Shown piece by piece: positions 46,469 to 57,120 of a stretch of DNA of 64,000 nt (within the stretch, counting starts at the first letter, position 1; every line of letters begins with the position of its first letter). The translations under genes were made by a program, and so were the position numbers. The notes beneath the pieces are model-generated. The model worked only from the letters and a program-made list of their open reading frames with translations, had not been told where the DNA came from and ran no database searches. Source of the stretch: an uncultured virus (IMG/VR IMGVR_UViG_3300010883_000018) (Duplodnaviria; Heunggongvirae; Uroviricota; Caudoviricetes); IMG/VR virus record IMGVR_UViG_3300010883_000018. One strand, 5' to 3'.

Positions 46469-47659
46469 ATGGATATCCATACGAATTTTATGAGCACACC
46501 AATAGCGCTAATTACTGCGGACTGGCACATTCGCCGCCGCGACGCCGCGTGGGTGCGGCACCCTAACCTCAACGGTGACGTGGCTTATGGTCTGGAGCAA
46601 CTGCTCCAGATTGCTGATCAATACAGCGTGCAGGCCATACTCGCCGCCGGGGACATTTTTGACGAGAAGCCACAGCGATCTGATTCGCTACTACTAATCC
46701 GACAGTTTCTGGACCGTTGCGAGCAACGGCACCTTAGTCTTTGGTATGTCCAGGGCCAGCACGAGGATTCCACCCCACCTGTGATGTCGGCGGTGCATAG
46801 TTGGCCCTTGCATATGCACCAGCAATCGAAGCTCCTAGGTGAGCTCTTAATCCACGGGTTGGATTACCAACACCCCGCAAACGTTGAGGCTGCGCTGCAG
46901 GCAGTCCCGCAGTGCGATATTCTGCTGACTCACCAGGTTTGGCAGGACTTCATGGGTGTGCAATTTGGCGATGTTGACAGTAGCTGCGTACCTGACCATG
47001 TGAAGATGATTGTCACTGGCGATTTACATCAAACGTTGATCCACCGCCACGACCCTGCCGACCGGGCGATCGTTTCGCCGGGGTCACTCTGCATGCAGAG
47101 TTTGGGCGAGCCGGCTAACAAGTTCGTTTATATCTTGCACGATGATCTCAGTGTGCACACCCTTGCGTTGCGATCGCGAGCCTGCTTTGAGCATCGTATT
47201 GATACCGCGGATGAGCTGGAGGAGTTATTGGCGGTTTGGGCCACCCTCGAGATCCGCGAAGATCAGGCTGGCGTACCAGACGCTATCAAAAAGAACATCT
47301 TGCGGATTCGGGCCAACGTTACGATTCCTCAGGTCATGTCGCGGTTGAATGCACTTTCTGCCGATGTGCATTTGTTTGTAACCCCGTTACGGCAGGAGCG
47401 ACCAGAAGTGACTGTGGACGAAGAACGTCGTATTACAGCCGTAACTACAGGCGGGCTGGAAGGTTGCCTGACTGCGTTTTACGGTGATGCCGCAGCGCAC
47501 CAGGATGCGATGCGATTGCTTCGCGCTCCAGATGCGCGCGAAACGATTCAGCAAATTATTAAGGAGCGCATTGATGGCGTTGACGATGACGGAGAAGGAA
47601 CACTTCAAGATCCACTTGCAGCAGCTGGCTCAGCGGCGGATCCAGCAGGAGCGAGCTAG
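46469..47659 (+). CDS. Mre11/SbcD-like metallophosphoesterase nuclease
   Basis: ADWH, AGDIFD, GQHE, THQ, GDLH, PGS. Confidence 0.9.
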   Translation: MDIHTNFMSTPIALITADWHIRRRDAAWVRHPNLNGDVAYGLEQLLQIADQYSVQAILAAGDIFDEKPQRSDSLLLIRQFLDRCEQRHLSLWYVQGQHEDSTPPVMSAVHSWPLHMHQQSKLLGELLIHGLDYQHPANVEAALQAVPQCDILLTHQVWQDFMGVQFGDVDSSCVPDHVKMIVTGDLHQTLIHRHDPADRAIVSPGSLCMQSLGEPANKFVYILHDDLSVHTLALRSRACFEHRIDTADELEELLAVWATLEIREDQAGVPDAIKKNILRIRANVTIPQVMSRLNALSADVHLFVTPLRQERPEVTVDEERRITAVTTGGLEGCLTAFYGDAAAHQDAMRLLRAPDARETIQQIIKERIDGVDDDGEGTLQDPLAAAGSAADPAGAS

Positions 47660-48152
47660 TGATCCGACCTACATGGTGCAGTTGCATGCCCAGGCTGTGT
47701 CGCAGATCAAGGATGAATTGGGCATTACAGATCTGCTGACGGAACTTCGTGAACTCCAGGTCCGGCACCAGCATGATGGTACTTTGATCGATGATAAGGA
47801 GCGACAGATTGTGGCGAGGGTTGCGGGGCACGCGGCGGGCGATGTAAGTGTGTCGTGCTACCAGCACTCTGACTTGAATGAGTTCGACAGTTATCCCAGG
47901 GAGCTGGCCGAGCAGGTAAAAGCAATGCGGGATGTGCGTCTGGCGTCGCTTAGAGCAAATCATCCGATTGGCATAGCGGAGCGGCTGGTGGAGCAGTTCG
48001 TTGAAGCTATGGAGGTGAAGATCACGCTGGCCTGCAACCACAAAGCAATGCAGGCGGTATGGGACGAAATTACGGAGCGATTCCCACAAATAACTAATAC
48101 CAGCACTGAACGCCTACACAGGAGGGTCCTCACAGATCGTGAACCTAGTTAA
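47574..48152 (+). CDS. Hypothetical helical protein
   Basis: AAGGAG RBS. Confidence 0.6.
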   Translation: MALTMTEKEHFKIHLQQLAQRRIQQERASDPTYMVQLHAQAVSQIKDELGITDLLTELRELQVRHQHDGTLIDDKERQIVARVAGHAAGDVSVSCYQHSDLNEFDSYPRELAEQVKAMRDVRLASLRANHPIGIAERLVEQFVEAMEVKITLACNHKAMQAVWDEITERFPQITNTSTERLHRRVLTDREPS

Positions 48153-48358
48153 GCGGAGGCTGGTGGAATGCGTTTGGTTAAATTACTGATTTGCCGTTTG
48201 CGGGGGCATCGCTGGTGCGGCGGTCCCCTGAAGAAACTGCCACCCAATGAGATGGTGTTTACGCGGTGCACGCGGTGCGGCAAAACCATATGGCGGCGAG
48301 GAGGGCAAAACGACGAACAGGACAATGTCTACGTTGTGGACGAGTAACATAGGGAGGA

Positions 48359-50500
48359 TTGATGAGGATTAATCAGGTACGGCTGGTGAACTTTTGCCAG
48401 CATCGCGACACGACGGTGGCGTTTAGCCCCAATCTCAATTTGATTAGTGGTCCCAACGGCAGCGGTAAATCGAATCTGCTACGGGGCATGCAAATGGCAC
48501 TCACTGGCGATGCCGGTGGTGTAGGTACTAAGCAAGAGGACATCGCGCAACTGGCGGATCCCGCCGAACCATCTTTCGTAGAAATATTGATGGAGCATGA
48601 TGGCAATCGTTACGAGATCACGCGTTCGTTACGCCCCGTGAGTAATCGACTGTTGATTAACGGCGAGCGGTTCGGCCGCACCGTTACCGAGATCGAACAG
48701 GAACTACTCACGAGGTTATGTACCACTAAACAGCAGATTGCTGATTATGTGTTCGTGCGACAGCGCGGTATCGATTCCTGGCTCGACAAACGTCCAGCGG
48801 ATCGTTCCAAGGAACTCAGTGAACTGTTTGGCATTAGCCAGATGGAGAAAATTTGGACTGCACTCGGCACAGCCTCGAGTCAATTGGAGGTGCCCGAGAT
48901 ACCTAGTGACGAGAGCGACATGCTCTCGCAGTTGGAAGCGAAGCAAGTAAGACTGAGTCAGGTCGTACTGGCACTTGAGTTGTACAGGGAGGTGCCGGAG
49001 GACATCACCGATTACCTGTTGGCTCGGAGTGAGCTCAGGCAGCAGGCTGAGGCCAGATTGCAGGTGGTGGCCCAGTTGGAGATATTTCATCACAACCAGG
49101 CTGTCAATCAGCAATCCCTGGCAACTGCTGCACGGGTGCTCGCGGAAGCTACGACGGACCACGAGTTGATCTGTACTGCGGCGGAAGCTACTCGAGAAAC
49201 TGCGGCAGCGGCGCAAGCCGGTATGGATCAATGGCGAGAGTGGAATGTCATGCAGGCTTCGCGGGAAGCGTTGCAAGAGGCAGAGGGTTCGCTACCGCCA
49301 ACGCCTACTCCGCCCGATAAACCTGATACCTACGTGTGTGATGCGGATTGGTCTGCCTTCGAGGCGTCGCGTGATCTATGGCAATCTTCATTACTTAGTC
49401 TGGAACATGAGTGGGAATCCATCAAGGATGCGCAGCAAGGCGACGAGTGTCCCACGTGTGGGCAAGCGGGCTATGATCCCGAACCGCGTAAGGTTGAAGT
49501 CCGGCAGCGGCGGGAAGAGATTGCTGCGGAGCTGAAACCGATGCTGTTGATTACGTCTGCACGGCGGGAGTACGAACGTGAGTTTAAGCTGTACACACAA
49601 TTGTTGCAGGAGCAGGAGTACCGCATTGCGGAGCTACAACGTTTACGGAGCGCGGTGCAACAAGTGGCAGAGCCGTCGCAAACAGAAGCTGAACTGACGG
49701 TAATCATTCAAGAGTTGAATGCGCTTTGGACTGACGTTACCAAGGCGGAGAAGCGGCAAGCGGTGGCTAATGCCTCGCATGTAGCAGCAGCTGCCGTTGC
49801 GGCTAGTGATGATCAGCTTGTGGCGACGGCCGAGCAGCAGTTGGCTGACCTACCAGTGGTCACACAGCATGATGTAGATACGGCAAATGCTGAGGCCGTG
49901 ACGATGCGTCAACGGCATGCTGAGGCATCGGTGCTACAGGAAGAAGCCGGAGTCTTGCGAAATTCCGTGTCGGTGTCCACGCAGTACCTCGCGAAATGTA
50001 CGGAGATCCGGACGCGGCGTGATCGCGTGTTGGATTCCCGAGATCACCTGGATGCGTTGCGACAAATCTTCCACCGGGACGAGTTGCCGCGTATTGTTAC
50101 CTACACTTACCTCGAGCAAATGGGTCAGGACATCAACGAGACGTTGACCTTGTTCGAGGCTCCTTTTCAAGTGGAACCCGATGAAGCGTTGGGGTTCACT
50201 GCGACCTTCCTTGATGGTCGCCGTGTTTCCGATCGTCGCCTTTCTGTGGGGGAGCGGATTGTGCTTGCCCTGGCGTTTCGGATAGCAGTAAACTCGACGT
50301 TTGCTGGTTCTTTGGGGATGTTGCTACTGGACGAACCCACAGCGGGTCTGGATGACCACAACCTCGGGTGCCTCCCACACGCGTTGGCGAGACTGCGTAA
50401 TATTTCTGAAAGCCGCGGCCTGCAGGTGATGTTTGTCACGCATGAGCCGCGTATCTCTGACCTTTTCGATCGTGTGATTAATGTCTCTGACGTTGCTTGA
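48359..50500 (+). CDS. Rad50/SbcC-like SMC ATPase
   Basis: GPNGSGKS, zinc hook CPTCG, LSVGER, LLDEPT, THE. Confidence 0.92.
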   Translation: MMRINQVRLVNFCQHRDTTVAFSPNLNLISGPNGSGKSNLLRGMQMALTGDAGGVGTKQEDIAQLADPAEPSFVEILMEHDGNRYEITRSLRPVSNRLLINGERFGRTVTEIEQELLTRLCTTKQQIADYVFVRQRGIDSWLDKRPADRSKELSELFGISQMEKIWTALGTASSQLEVPEIPSDESDMLSQLEAKQVRLSQVVLALELYREVPEDITDYLLARSELRQQAEARLQVVAQLEIFHHNQAVNQQSLATAARVLAEATTDHELICTAAEATRETAAAAQAGMDQWREWNVMQASREALQEAEGSLPPTPTPPDKPDTYVCDADWSAFEASRDLWQSSLLSLEHEWESIKDAQQGDECPTCGQAGYDPEPRKVEVRQRREEIAAELKPMLLITSARREYEREFKLYTQLLQEQEYRIAELQRLRSAVQQVAEPSQTEAELTVIIQELNALWTDVTKAEKRQAVANASHVAAAAVAASDDQLVATAEQQLADLPVVTQHDVDTANAEAVTMRQRHAEASVLQEEAGVLRNSVSVSTQYLAKCTEIRTRRDRVLDSRDHLDALRQIFHRDELPRIVTYTYLEQMGQDINETLTLFEAPFQVEPDEALGFTATFLDGRRVSDRRLSVGERIVLALAFRIAVNSTFAGSLGMLLLDEPTAGLDDHNLGCLPHALARLRNISESRGLQVMFVTHEPRISDLFDRVINVSDVA

Positions 50501-51506
50501 TAGCATAACAACCAAATTACACGTATCACAGAATGTGGTTTGGGTGATTGATGGCGATAAGTCGCCGGTCTGCACTGAGTTGGGGCCGGCGGACTTTGCT
50601 ACACGAATGGCGCAGCAGCCGTACGAATCCAATCCGCCGGTTATGCGGCTGGTTGGCCGCGCTGCCAATGCCGAGTTGATTGTTTTGCTTTACAACATGA
50701 AACTGCGCGGGCGGATTAGGGGTTTGCAGCTGGCGACGCCGTTGGTATGTCACACGCATATTGAACGGCAACGGCCAGAAGCTGTGCTGTATCACATGCG
50801 AAGATTCCAGCGGGCGCCCAGTCTTGGTGGTTTCCACGAAGTAACGGATAGGGACTACGTGTCCTATGCGATGGCTGCTGAATTAGTACGCACTTCCGGG
50901 CAAATGACAGACCGCGTGCGTCGGTTTTTGTATGCACACCCCGCGTGGCGGTTGCTGTCATTTATCCCGCATTTGAATGAAGAGTGTTGTGCCAGGTTGC
51001 TGGCTAAGTTGCTGGATCCGCGATGGCATGTGGATATTTGCCACCCGGATCGTACTGCGAAAATGGAGTCTTTCCTCGGACTGAACCCTAAAACACAGGA
51101 CGGGGTCACGCTGGCTAGGAAAGGTTGGCGATGGCATGATCGTTGCCAGCTCGTGTTAAACTGCTGGAAGGACATCAAACAGTCGCCGGTAGTGCTAGCA
51201 CGTTTTCACGCAGCCGGCGGAGCTCGCCCAGATCCTGAACAGGATACAATGGGGTATCGCCCCGCAGATTTTGTTTGGCGCGTGTGGGGCAGCCGTCTGG
51301 TAGGTCCGCTGGTTACCCACCCTAATCCCGTGATGGCTGATTTACGGGCTTCCCAGAAGTTTATTCAATTCCTGCGGCTTACCTGGTTGAGTGCGATTTA
51401 CGCAGAATCGCCATGGGAAGCCAATTTACCTATGTTCCGGTCACAGGACTTCTTCCGCTATGTGGTAGAAGCAAAGGCTTACGACCACCACATATTGTCG
51501 AATTGA
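50481..51506 (+). CDS. IS110/IS116 transposase C-terminal (Nop-like) domain protein, diverged
   Basis: LSFIPHL...CARLLAKLLDPRW...KMESFLGLNP matches the Transposase_20-type pattern; no clear DEDD RuvC motif. Confidence 0.5.
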   Translation: MSLTLLDSITTKLHVSQNVVWVIDGDKSPVCTELGPADFATRMAQQPYESNPPVMRLVGRAANAELIVLLYNMKLRGRIRGLQLATPLVCHTHIERQRPEAVLYHMRRFQRAPSLGGFHEVTDRDYVSYAMAAELVRTSGQMTDRVRRFLYAHPAWRLLSFIPHLNEECCARLLAKLLDPRWHVDICHPDRTAKMESFLGLNPKTQDGVTLARKGWRWHDRCQLVLNCWKDIKQSPVVLARFHAAGGARPDPEQDTMGYRPADFVWRVWGSRLVGPLVTHPNPVMADLRASQKFIQFLRLTWLSAIYAESPWEANLPMFRSQDFFRYVVEAKAYDHHILSN

Positions 51507-51563
51507 CATGCACGAAATCGCCAGTTAGGATTGCCCCTCACCGGCTAGGATAAAGGATTGTCC

Positions 51564-52055
51564 ATGATCGAGGTCCAAGCTAGACTCCGTTTCAACAATC
51601 ACTGTTTGGGTGACTGTCGCACGAAAAAAACTGATCGGATGTTGCGAGATCCTGAACAGCGGGTAATTTTCAAACCCGTGTGGTGGCAATCGTTGATGCG
51701 TTATGCGGCCAAGGTGCTAAACCGGCACCATGACGCAGTTAAGGGCATCGATTGGGATCCGGTCATTGATGGCGACACACGTCTTTTCCGTCGATACTAT
51801 CGGCCACGGCAGTACATGCTCCACGAGGCTTTCTACCCTGGCGATGTTATCGGTGTGAATGTTGTGTTACCTGATCGACTAACAATTGCGGATTTTACTC
51901 AACTGTTAGATGTTGCCGGTCGTTATAAGGGGATCAGCCCCTACGGGTCGGATCAGAAGTATGGCACATTCGAAGTTATGGATGTAAAACGCCGCGTTAG
52001 AGTGACTCCATCAGAACGTGTTACAGCGTCGGCGTCACAGCAACCAGTACGGTAG
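51564..52055 (+). CDS. Second, compact Cas7/Csf2-like RAMP protein
   Basis: IEVQARLRFNNHCLG; RDPEQRVIF; HEAFYPGDVI; LLDVAGRYKGISPYG...YGTFEV Gly-loop. Confidence 0.6.
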   Translation: MIEVQARLRFNNHCLGDCRTKKTDRMLRDPEQRVIFKPVWWQSLMRYAAKVLNRHHDAVKGIDWDPVIDGDTRLFRRYYRPRQYMLHEAFYPGDVIGVNVVLPDRLTIADFTQLLDVAGRYKGISPYGSDQKYGTFEVMDVKRRVRVTPSERVTASASQQPVR

Positions 52056-52059
52056 ATAT

Positions 52060-52087
52060 AAAAAAAGGCCCGTTGGTCAGACGGGCC
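52060..52087 (-). terminator. Terminator-like hairpin oriented for a minus-strand transcript
   Basis: A7 followed by ggcccgt/acgggcc. Confidence 0.55.
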
Positions 52088-52203
52088 GAGCGATTCCAGC
52101 CAGGGTTGGTGCAGCGGCTTGGTAATCACAGCATTTGAGCTGATGATACATGCAGCTGCGCACTCGGTCAACACCTGGCCTACACGGTTTGGTGAGGTTT
52201 TTG

Positions 52204-53748
52204 ATGCAGCAGCAAGCAGTTATCCGTAAGGGTGGTCCCTTCATTGAGCTCTCGGCGGATGGTGAGAACGCACTCCCAGTCGAGATTCTGGAGCAGCTCG
52301 AAGAGCCACTCATCTATACGCATATCCATTACAAATTTGGTGGAGCTGCGTATAACCCCAACACGGGGAAGCACGAAGCGCGACAGGCGGAGCTTCGGCG
52401 ACTATTCCAATACGACGATCTCGGCAGGTTTGTCTGCCAGCGTGGTTATCTCTCACGCTTGCAGTCATTACTGGAAGCTAACGACTACGAAGTTACTGTT
52501 CACGATAAGGACCCGCCACGCGATCGCCCGAATTGCTTTACGCAGAACTGGGATCGCGTGGTGGCTGACTTTGAATTCAGGCCGCAACAAGATAGTTGCT
52601 TAGTACAGATCGCCAGTCACGAATGTGGCGTAATTGATGCGGTACCGGCCTTTGGCAAGATGTGGATCATTTGGATGATCTGCTCGCTCTACCCCAAAGC
52701 CAAAATAGACATTGTGACCAAGCGTAAGGACGTGGTCGCTTCCATCAGGGCACTTGGTACACGCTTTGTGGCTAATGTGGGTCAGGTAGGTGGCGGCAGT
52801 AAGCGACCGGAACGCGTTACCGTGTTTACGGCGGCTAGTCTACATCACAGTGATTTTGATGCTGACATCGTGTTGGCGGATGAAGTCCACGAGTTGATGA
52901 CTGACAACTTTGCCGCGCAATTGAGCAGGTATCACCAGTCTCGTATGTTTGGCTTTACGGCCTCTAAAGAGACACGTTTGGATAATGCCCACCATCGTAT
53001 GGAGGGGATCTTTGGACCTACGATTTTCAAGATGACGCATCAGCGCGCCGTGCAGCTCGAGCTAGTGGTGCCGATGGTGGTGCAGTGGCTTCAGCCCAAC
53101 TGCACCTTCAACCCGGCGGCCGGTGTGCAGAGTACCGTGGCCCGTAAACGTCACGCTATTTGGCGTCACACGAAGCGAAATGAATCGATCGCTGCAGCGG
53201 CTAACACGTTTCTCGAGTCGGGGCTGCAGACGTTGATTCTGGTTGATACGGTCGAGCATATGCTCAACCTTCGCAAGTATATGCCTGGGTTTGAGTTGTG
53301 TTATTCGGAAGGTGCCTTCGGTAGCGATGAGGGCCACCAACGGAAAGTGCGATATGAGCGAGAGGGTTTGCTTAAACCCGATGATCATGAGATGACAGCG
53401 GAACGTCGGGATTACCTGCGGCGGGCCTTTGAGCGTCGTGAGGTCTTGGGTGTGATTGCTACTGGTGTGTGGGCTGTGGGCGTGAGCTTCAACTCCCTGC
53501 AAGTGTTGGTGCGGGCCGGTGGCGGTACCAGCGAGACCGATAGCATTCAGATACCTGGCAGAGTGGGTCGCATTGACCCCGATACCGGTAAACCTTGCGG
53601 GTTGTTGATTGACGTGATGGACGAGTTTGACAGCGGCTGCTTAGCGAATTCGCGTAAACGGCGACAAGCTTACGCTAAACAGGGTTGGGTACAGTACAAC
53701 CCCGACGGCACACTCTGGGCAACAAGGGGGAAGCATGCCACTGTATGA
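52204..53748 (+). CDS. Superfamily 2 DNA helicase (UvsW-like)
   Basis: PAFGK, DEVH, TAS, QIPGRVGR. Confidence 0.88.
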   Translation: MQQQAVIRKGGPFIELSADGENALPVEILEQLEEPLIYTHIHYKFGGAAYNPNTGKHEARQAELRRLFQYDDLGRFVCQRGYLSRLQSLLEANDYEVTVHDKDPPRDRPNCFTQNWDRVVADFEFRPQQDSCLVQIASHECGVIDAVPAFGKMWIIWMICSLYPKAKIDIVTKRKDVVASIRALGTRFVANVGQVGGGSKRPERVTVFTAASLHHSDFDADIVLADEVHELMTDNFAAQLSRYHQSRMFGFTASKETRLDNAHHRMEGIFGPTIFKMTHQRAVQLELVVPMVVQWLQPNCTFNPAAGVQSTVARKRHAIWRHTKRNESIAAAANTFLESGLQTLILVDTVEHMLNLRKYMPGFELCYSEGAFGSDEGHQRKVRYEREGLLKPDDHEMTAERRDYLRRAFERREVLGVIATGVWAVGVSFNSLQVLVRAGGGTSETDSIQIPGRVGRIDPDTGKPCGLLIDVMDEFDSGCLANSRKRRQAYAKQGWVQYNPDGTLWATRGKHATV

Positions 53749-54451
53749 CCGCCAACCCCGCCGCGTAGCCGTGGGCGATAGGCGATATTCCGTATCGCCT
53801 GCTTGCCGGGAGAAGGATCCCGTTACAGTGCTGGCGGAGCAGGTACGCGAGGCGTACTTCCGTGAATATCGTGACTGGGTGTTGCGTGTACGTAGTACTG
53901 AGTCGCATCGCGGGCTCTCGCCTGAACCCCGATGGGACGGCGGTTTGCATACTGACGGTAAGAATTACAGGCCGGTCTGGGTGCAAATTGCAGATGCCCT
54001 TATTAAGGCCCAATGCCATTCAGCCGACTTATATATCGGCGCGCAGTTCGTTGGGCGGTCTATTCCGCAGCCTAATCAGTTACTGACAGCTGCAGCGTGG
54101 ACTCGCTACATCGAGAATACGCACGCGTTGGAGTCACAGATCCGGTACCGCTATACCGGTGACGCGGATCGTTTTACGTTTGCTGTTTTGGAAACCGGGT
54201 ACCTTTACCCGCAAAAGCAGGTACGTGATGTGTGGCTTCACGTGTTACGGAATTGGAATTACGACCTCTCGCCACTGTTCTGCGCGATCGTGGCGGAGGC
54301 CAATAATTTTCCAGATGTAGTGGAGATGTTTCGTGAACTAGCTATCGACCAGTACAAGAAATTACCAGTTGCTTACGACACTTACTGGGGCAGCTGTGTG
54401 CCTGAGTGGGTACGCGCAACGACTCAAGGAGTGGAGTCTACGCATGACTGA
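53735..54451 (+). CDS. Hypothetical replication-module protein
   Basis: Overlaps the flanking helicase genes. Confidence 0.7.
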   Translation: MPLYDRQPRRVAVGDRRYSVSPACREKDPVTVLAEQVREAYFREYRDWVLRVRSTESHRGLSPEPRWDGGLHTDGKNYRPVWVQIADALIKAQCHSADLYIGAQFVGRSIPQPNQLLTAAAWTRYIENTHALESQIRYRYTGDADRFTFAVLETGYLYPQKQVRDVWLHVLRNWNYDLSPLFCAIVAEANNFPDVVEMFRELAIDQYKKLPVAYDTYWGSCVPEWVRATTQGVESTHD

Positions 54452-56057
54452 TGAGATTAGGGACAGGTCTATCAATCTTGACCAGATCACGCTGGAGTGG
54501 TTGTTGGTGCACATGGTCCGGTGTGATCGTGTGTTCCAGGTAGCTAAGGACGCGGTACCGCCTGACGTTTGGCAATACCAACTAGGACTACGGACTATCT
54601 GGGAGGAAGTGCTCCACGAGTACGAGTCAGTGCGACTCTTACCTGACTACTATCGACTGTGGCAACTGGTGATGAGCCGGTTCTCGGCAACAAGTGAACT
54701 ACCCGCGACGATTGTGGAGGACGCCGCGAACTTGTTGCAGTGGATGTTCAATACAGAGGTCAACAACGCTGATACTTTCAGGCCTGTGGCTGCTATCGAT
54801 GTGATGCAGCAGTTTCTTATTCAGCGGCAGGTGGATACACCGCTACGTACGGCGCTTGGCGCCATGCCTAACGACCAAGTTGGCCAGCTACCTGTGGTGT
54901 TACACCGAGCTGCTGAGGATGTCGCTAGGATCCAGTCCCTGGGCGTTGCGGATCCGCGCAGTGTGATCCCAGCTAGTTGGGATGCCTCGGCGCGCCCTGT
55001 GATTCCTTGTGGCGTCGATATGATCGACCATCGAATGAATGGCGGGTCTGAGGCTGGCGAGACGCACGTACTATTGGGCCCGACTGGTGTGGGTAAGACC
55101 ACGCTCGCTACTGACATTGTGGTCTCTGCCGGAAAGCGGTTCCATGCCGAGGCTGTTCAGGGTGGCGCGTTGAAGGCGGCAATTTATATCTCGTATGAAG
55201 ATATTTTCGAATCGATGTCTAAACGCGTTATTGCAAACGCCGCCAGCATCAAGCGATCGAATCTGGACGCGATGACGAGTTACCACGATTTGTCACGTAC
55301 AGGTCACGTGCATGCCTACGAACGCCGACTACCGGGCGGTAACGATGTGAATCCACCCGGGGAATACGAACGATTGATGGCAGCCAAGCAGTGGACCGAT
55401 ACGCACGTGCAAGGTTTGGACTTCTCTGGTTGTCATACCCCCGGGGCTCCGATACGTGGTTTTGGTGGCCTCAACGAGGTTCGTTATGCGGTGGACGCCC
55501 TTGCGGACCATACACAAGTCAGACCTGGTTTAATCATGCTCGATTATGCCGGGCTGTGCGTGAATCGGTCATTACAACGCAGTAGTGGTGACGTCGCACG
55601 TCTGCAATTTATGGCGTTACGGGACTTCGTTGCGAGATGTACCGATACGCTGACAGCCAAGTTCCAATGCCCCATTTGGGTGTTACATCAGATCAAGGGT
55701 GCCAAGGTAGGCGGATCACCGACTGCAGAGTTGGATCATTCGGACGCCGAGGGTTGCTCGTCTTTTGCTGCCAATGCGTGGTTCGCTTTTGTTTTGTCAA
55801 ATAAGGACAAGAAGACAAATACCTGCCTTCTGCGTTGTACCAAGTCGCGGCGAGCCGAGAGCCAAGCTGATGCGATCTGCTACATCAATGGCGATTTTTG
55901 CAAGCTGGATGACGCTAGTCATCGTTTCAAGATAGACAAGGTAACTAGAAGAATTGTCCCCAACGGAGACGCTAGTCAGTTAAGCGACAACGTACCAGGA
56001 GTACAACCGAGTCCGGCGATGAGTATGCCTTCCGTGGACCAAGATATGGGGTTTTAA
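54444..56057 (+). CDS. DnaB-like replicative helicase
   Basis: GPTGVGKTT, YISYED, IMLDY, LHQ, KSRR. Confidence 0.85.
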   Translation: MTDEIRDRSINLDQITLEWLLVHMVRCDRVFQVAKDAVPPDVWQYQLGLRTIWEEVLHEYESVRLLPDYYRLWQLVMSRFSATSELPATIVEDAANLLQWMFNTEVNNADTFRPVAAIDVMQQFLIQRQVDTPLRTALGAMPNDQVGQLPVVLHRAAEDVARIQSLGVADPRSVIPASWDASARPVIPCGVDMIDHRMNGGSEAGETHVLLGPTGVGKTTLATDIVVSAGKRFHAEAVQGGALKAAIYISYEDIFESMSKRVIANAASIKRSNLDAMTSYHDLSRTGHVHAYERRLPGGNDVNPPGEYERLMAAKQWTDTHVQGLDFSGCHTPGAPIRGFGGLNEVRYAVDALADHTQVRPGLIMLDYAGLCVNRSLQRSSGDVARLQFMALRDFVARCTDTLTAKFQCPIWVLHQIKGAKVGGSPTAELDHSDAEGCSSFAANAWFAFVLSNKDKKTNTCLLRCTKSRRAESQADAICYINGDFCKLDDASHRFKIDKVTRRIVPNGDASQLSDNVPGVQPSPAMSMPSVDQDMGF

Positions 56058-56058
56058 G

Positions 56059-57120
56059 ATGAGCGATTTCGAACCACTCAATACTTTTTTGCACATACGG
56101 TTACAGCAGCTGTTCGGTAAAGTACTGACGGCTAATTCGGGCATAGCAGCCCAGTGTGATACGAGCGGACCGCGACCGAAACTAGTGAAGAATCGCGGAG
56201 AGATGTATCGCGTGCGCTGTCCCTTCTGTCAGGACACGCGACTGCGGTTACACATCCATCATCGCTGGGGCACTGGCTTCCCTGAGTTGGGTGTCGACGA
56301 TCGGTTTTGGTTTGCTTGGCGGTGTTGGAACGAGGAGTGTCAGGACGACCCTGCCAATCGGAAATGGCTGAAGGATAGGGTCTACCAGGATTTGGGTCGC
56401 GCTAGGCGATCCAACATTACGGTGCGACCGGGTAACGTCGAGCCTAAAGAACTATTGCGGCGGGATTTTCCCGGGATCAGTTATCCGCTTGCTGCGTTGT
56501 CTGATCAGCACCCCAGTCGGGCGTATCTGCGAGATCGCGGCTGGAATGCACAGCACCTTTGCGAGTTGTACAACTTGCATTTCTGCGAGCACGCTGATGG
56601 CGAACTGCGGTTAGCGACTAACCGTATTGTCGTGCCTGTCTACCAGCACGGTGAGATGGTCGGCTGGCAAGCACGGTACGTTGGCGACATCGATTTTAAG
56701 GCAACACGGATACCGAAGTATTTCACTTGCCCAGGCATGTACACTTCGGCGTGCCTTTACGGTTACGACCAAGCGACGACGTCTCCGGTGGCCTTCCTCT
56801 GCGAGGGTGTGACGGACGTGTGGGCAGTCGGCCCCGGTGCTATGGCGTTATTCGGCAAGCGGTCGCTGTTGGATCCTAAGCAGGCCATGCTGCTAGCACA
56901 CCACTGGAAGTATCTAGTGATACTGCTGGATCCGGATGCTGCGGTGGAAGCCGAGGCACTTTGTCTCAGTCTGCGGGCAGCGATTCCGCACATCATTAAA
57001 GTTCAATTACCAAAGGGAACGGATCCTGCGGCGATCAATACGGACGTACTGTGGGATCTCATTTATGGATCTGCAGCGGCTCAGGGCATTGATCTCGCGG
57101 ACGTATGCGAAGCAGTATGA
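56059..57120 (+). CDS. DnaG-like DNA primase
   Basis: CPFC Zn ribbon, RIVVPV...VGWQAR, PKY, EGVTD, LDPDA. Confidence 0.88.
   Translation: MSDFEPLNTFLHIRLQQLFGKVLTANSGIAAQCDTSGPRPKLVKNRGEMYRVRCPFCQDTRLRLHIHHRWGTGFPELGVDDRFWFAWRCWNEECQDDPANRKWLKDRVYQDLGRARRSNITVRPGNVEPKELLRRDFPGISYPLAALSDQHPSRAYLRDRGWNAQHLCELYNLHFCEHADGELRLATNRIVVPVYQHGEMVGWQARYVGDIDFKATRIPKYFTCPGMYTSACLYGYDQATTSPVAFLCEGVTDVWAVGPGAMALFGKRSLLDPKQAMLLAHHWKYLVILLDPDAAVEAEALCLSLRAAIPHIIKVQLPKGTDPAAINTDVLWDLIYGSAAAQGIDLADVCEAV

Noticed and set aside
50481..51506. Active IS110 insertion sequence
   Set aside because: No evident DEDD RuvC motif, no long non-coding end for a bridge RNA, and the gene overlaps Rad50 in an operon-like way.
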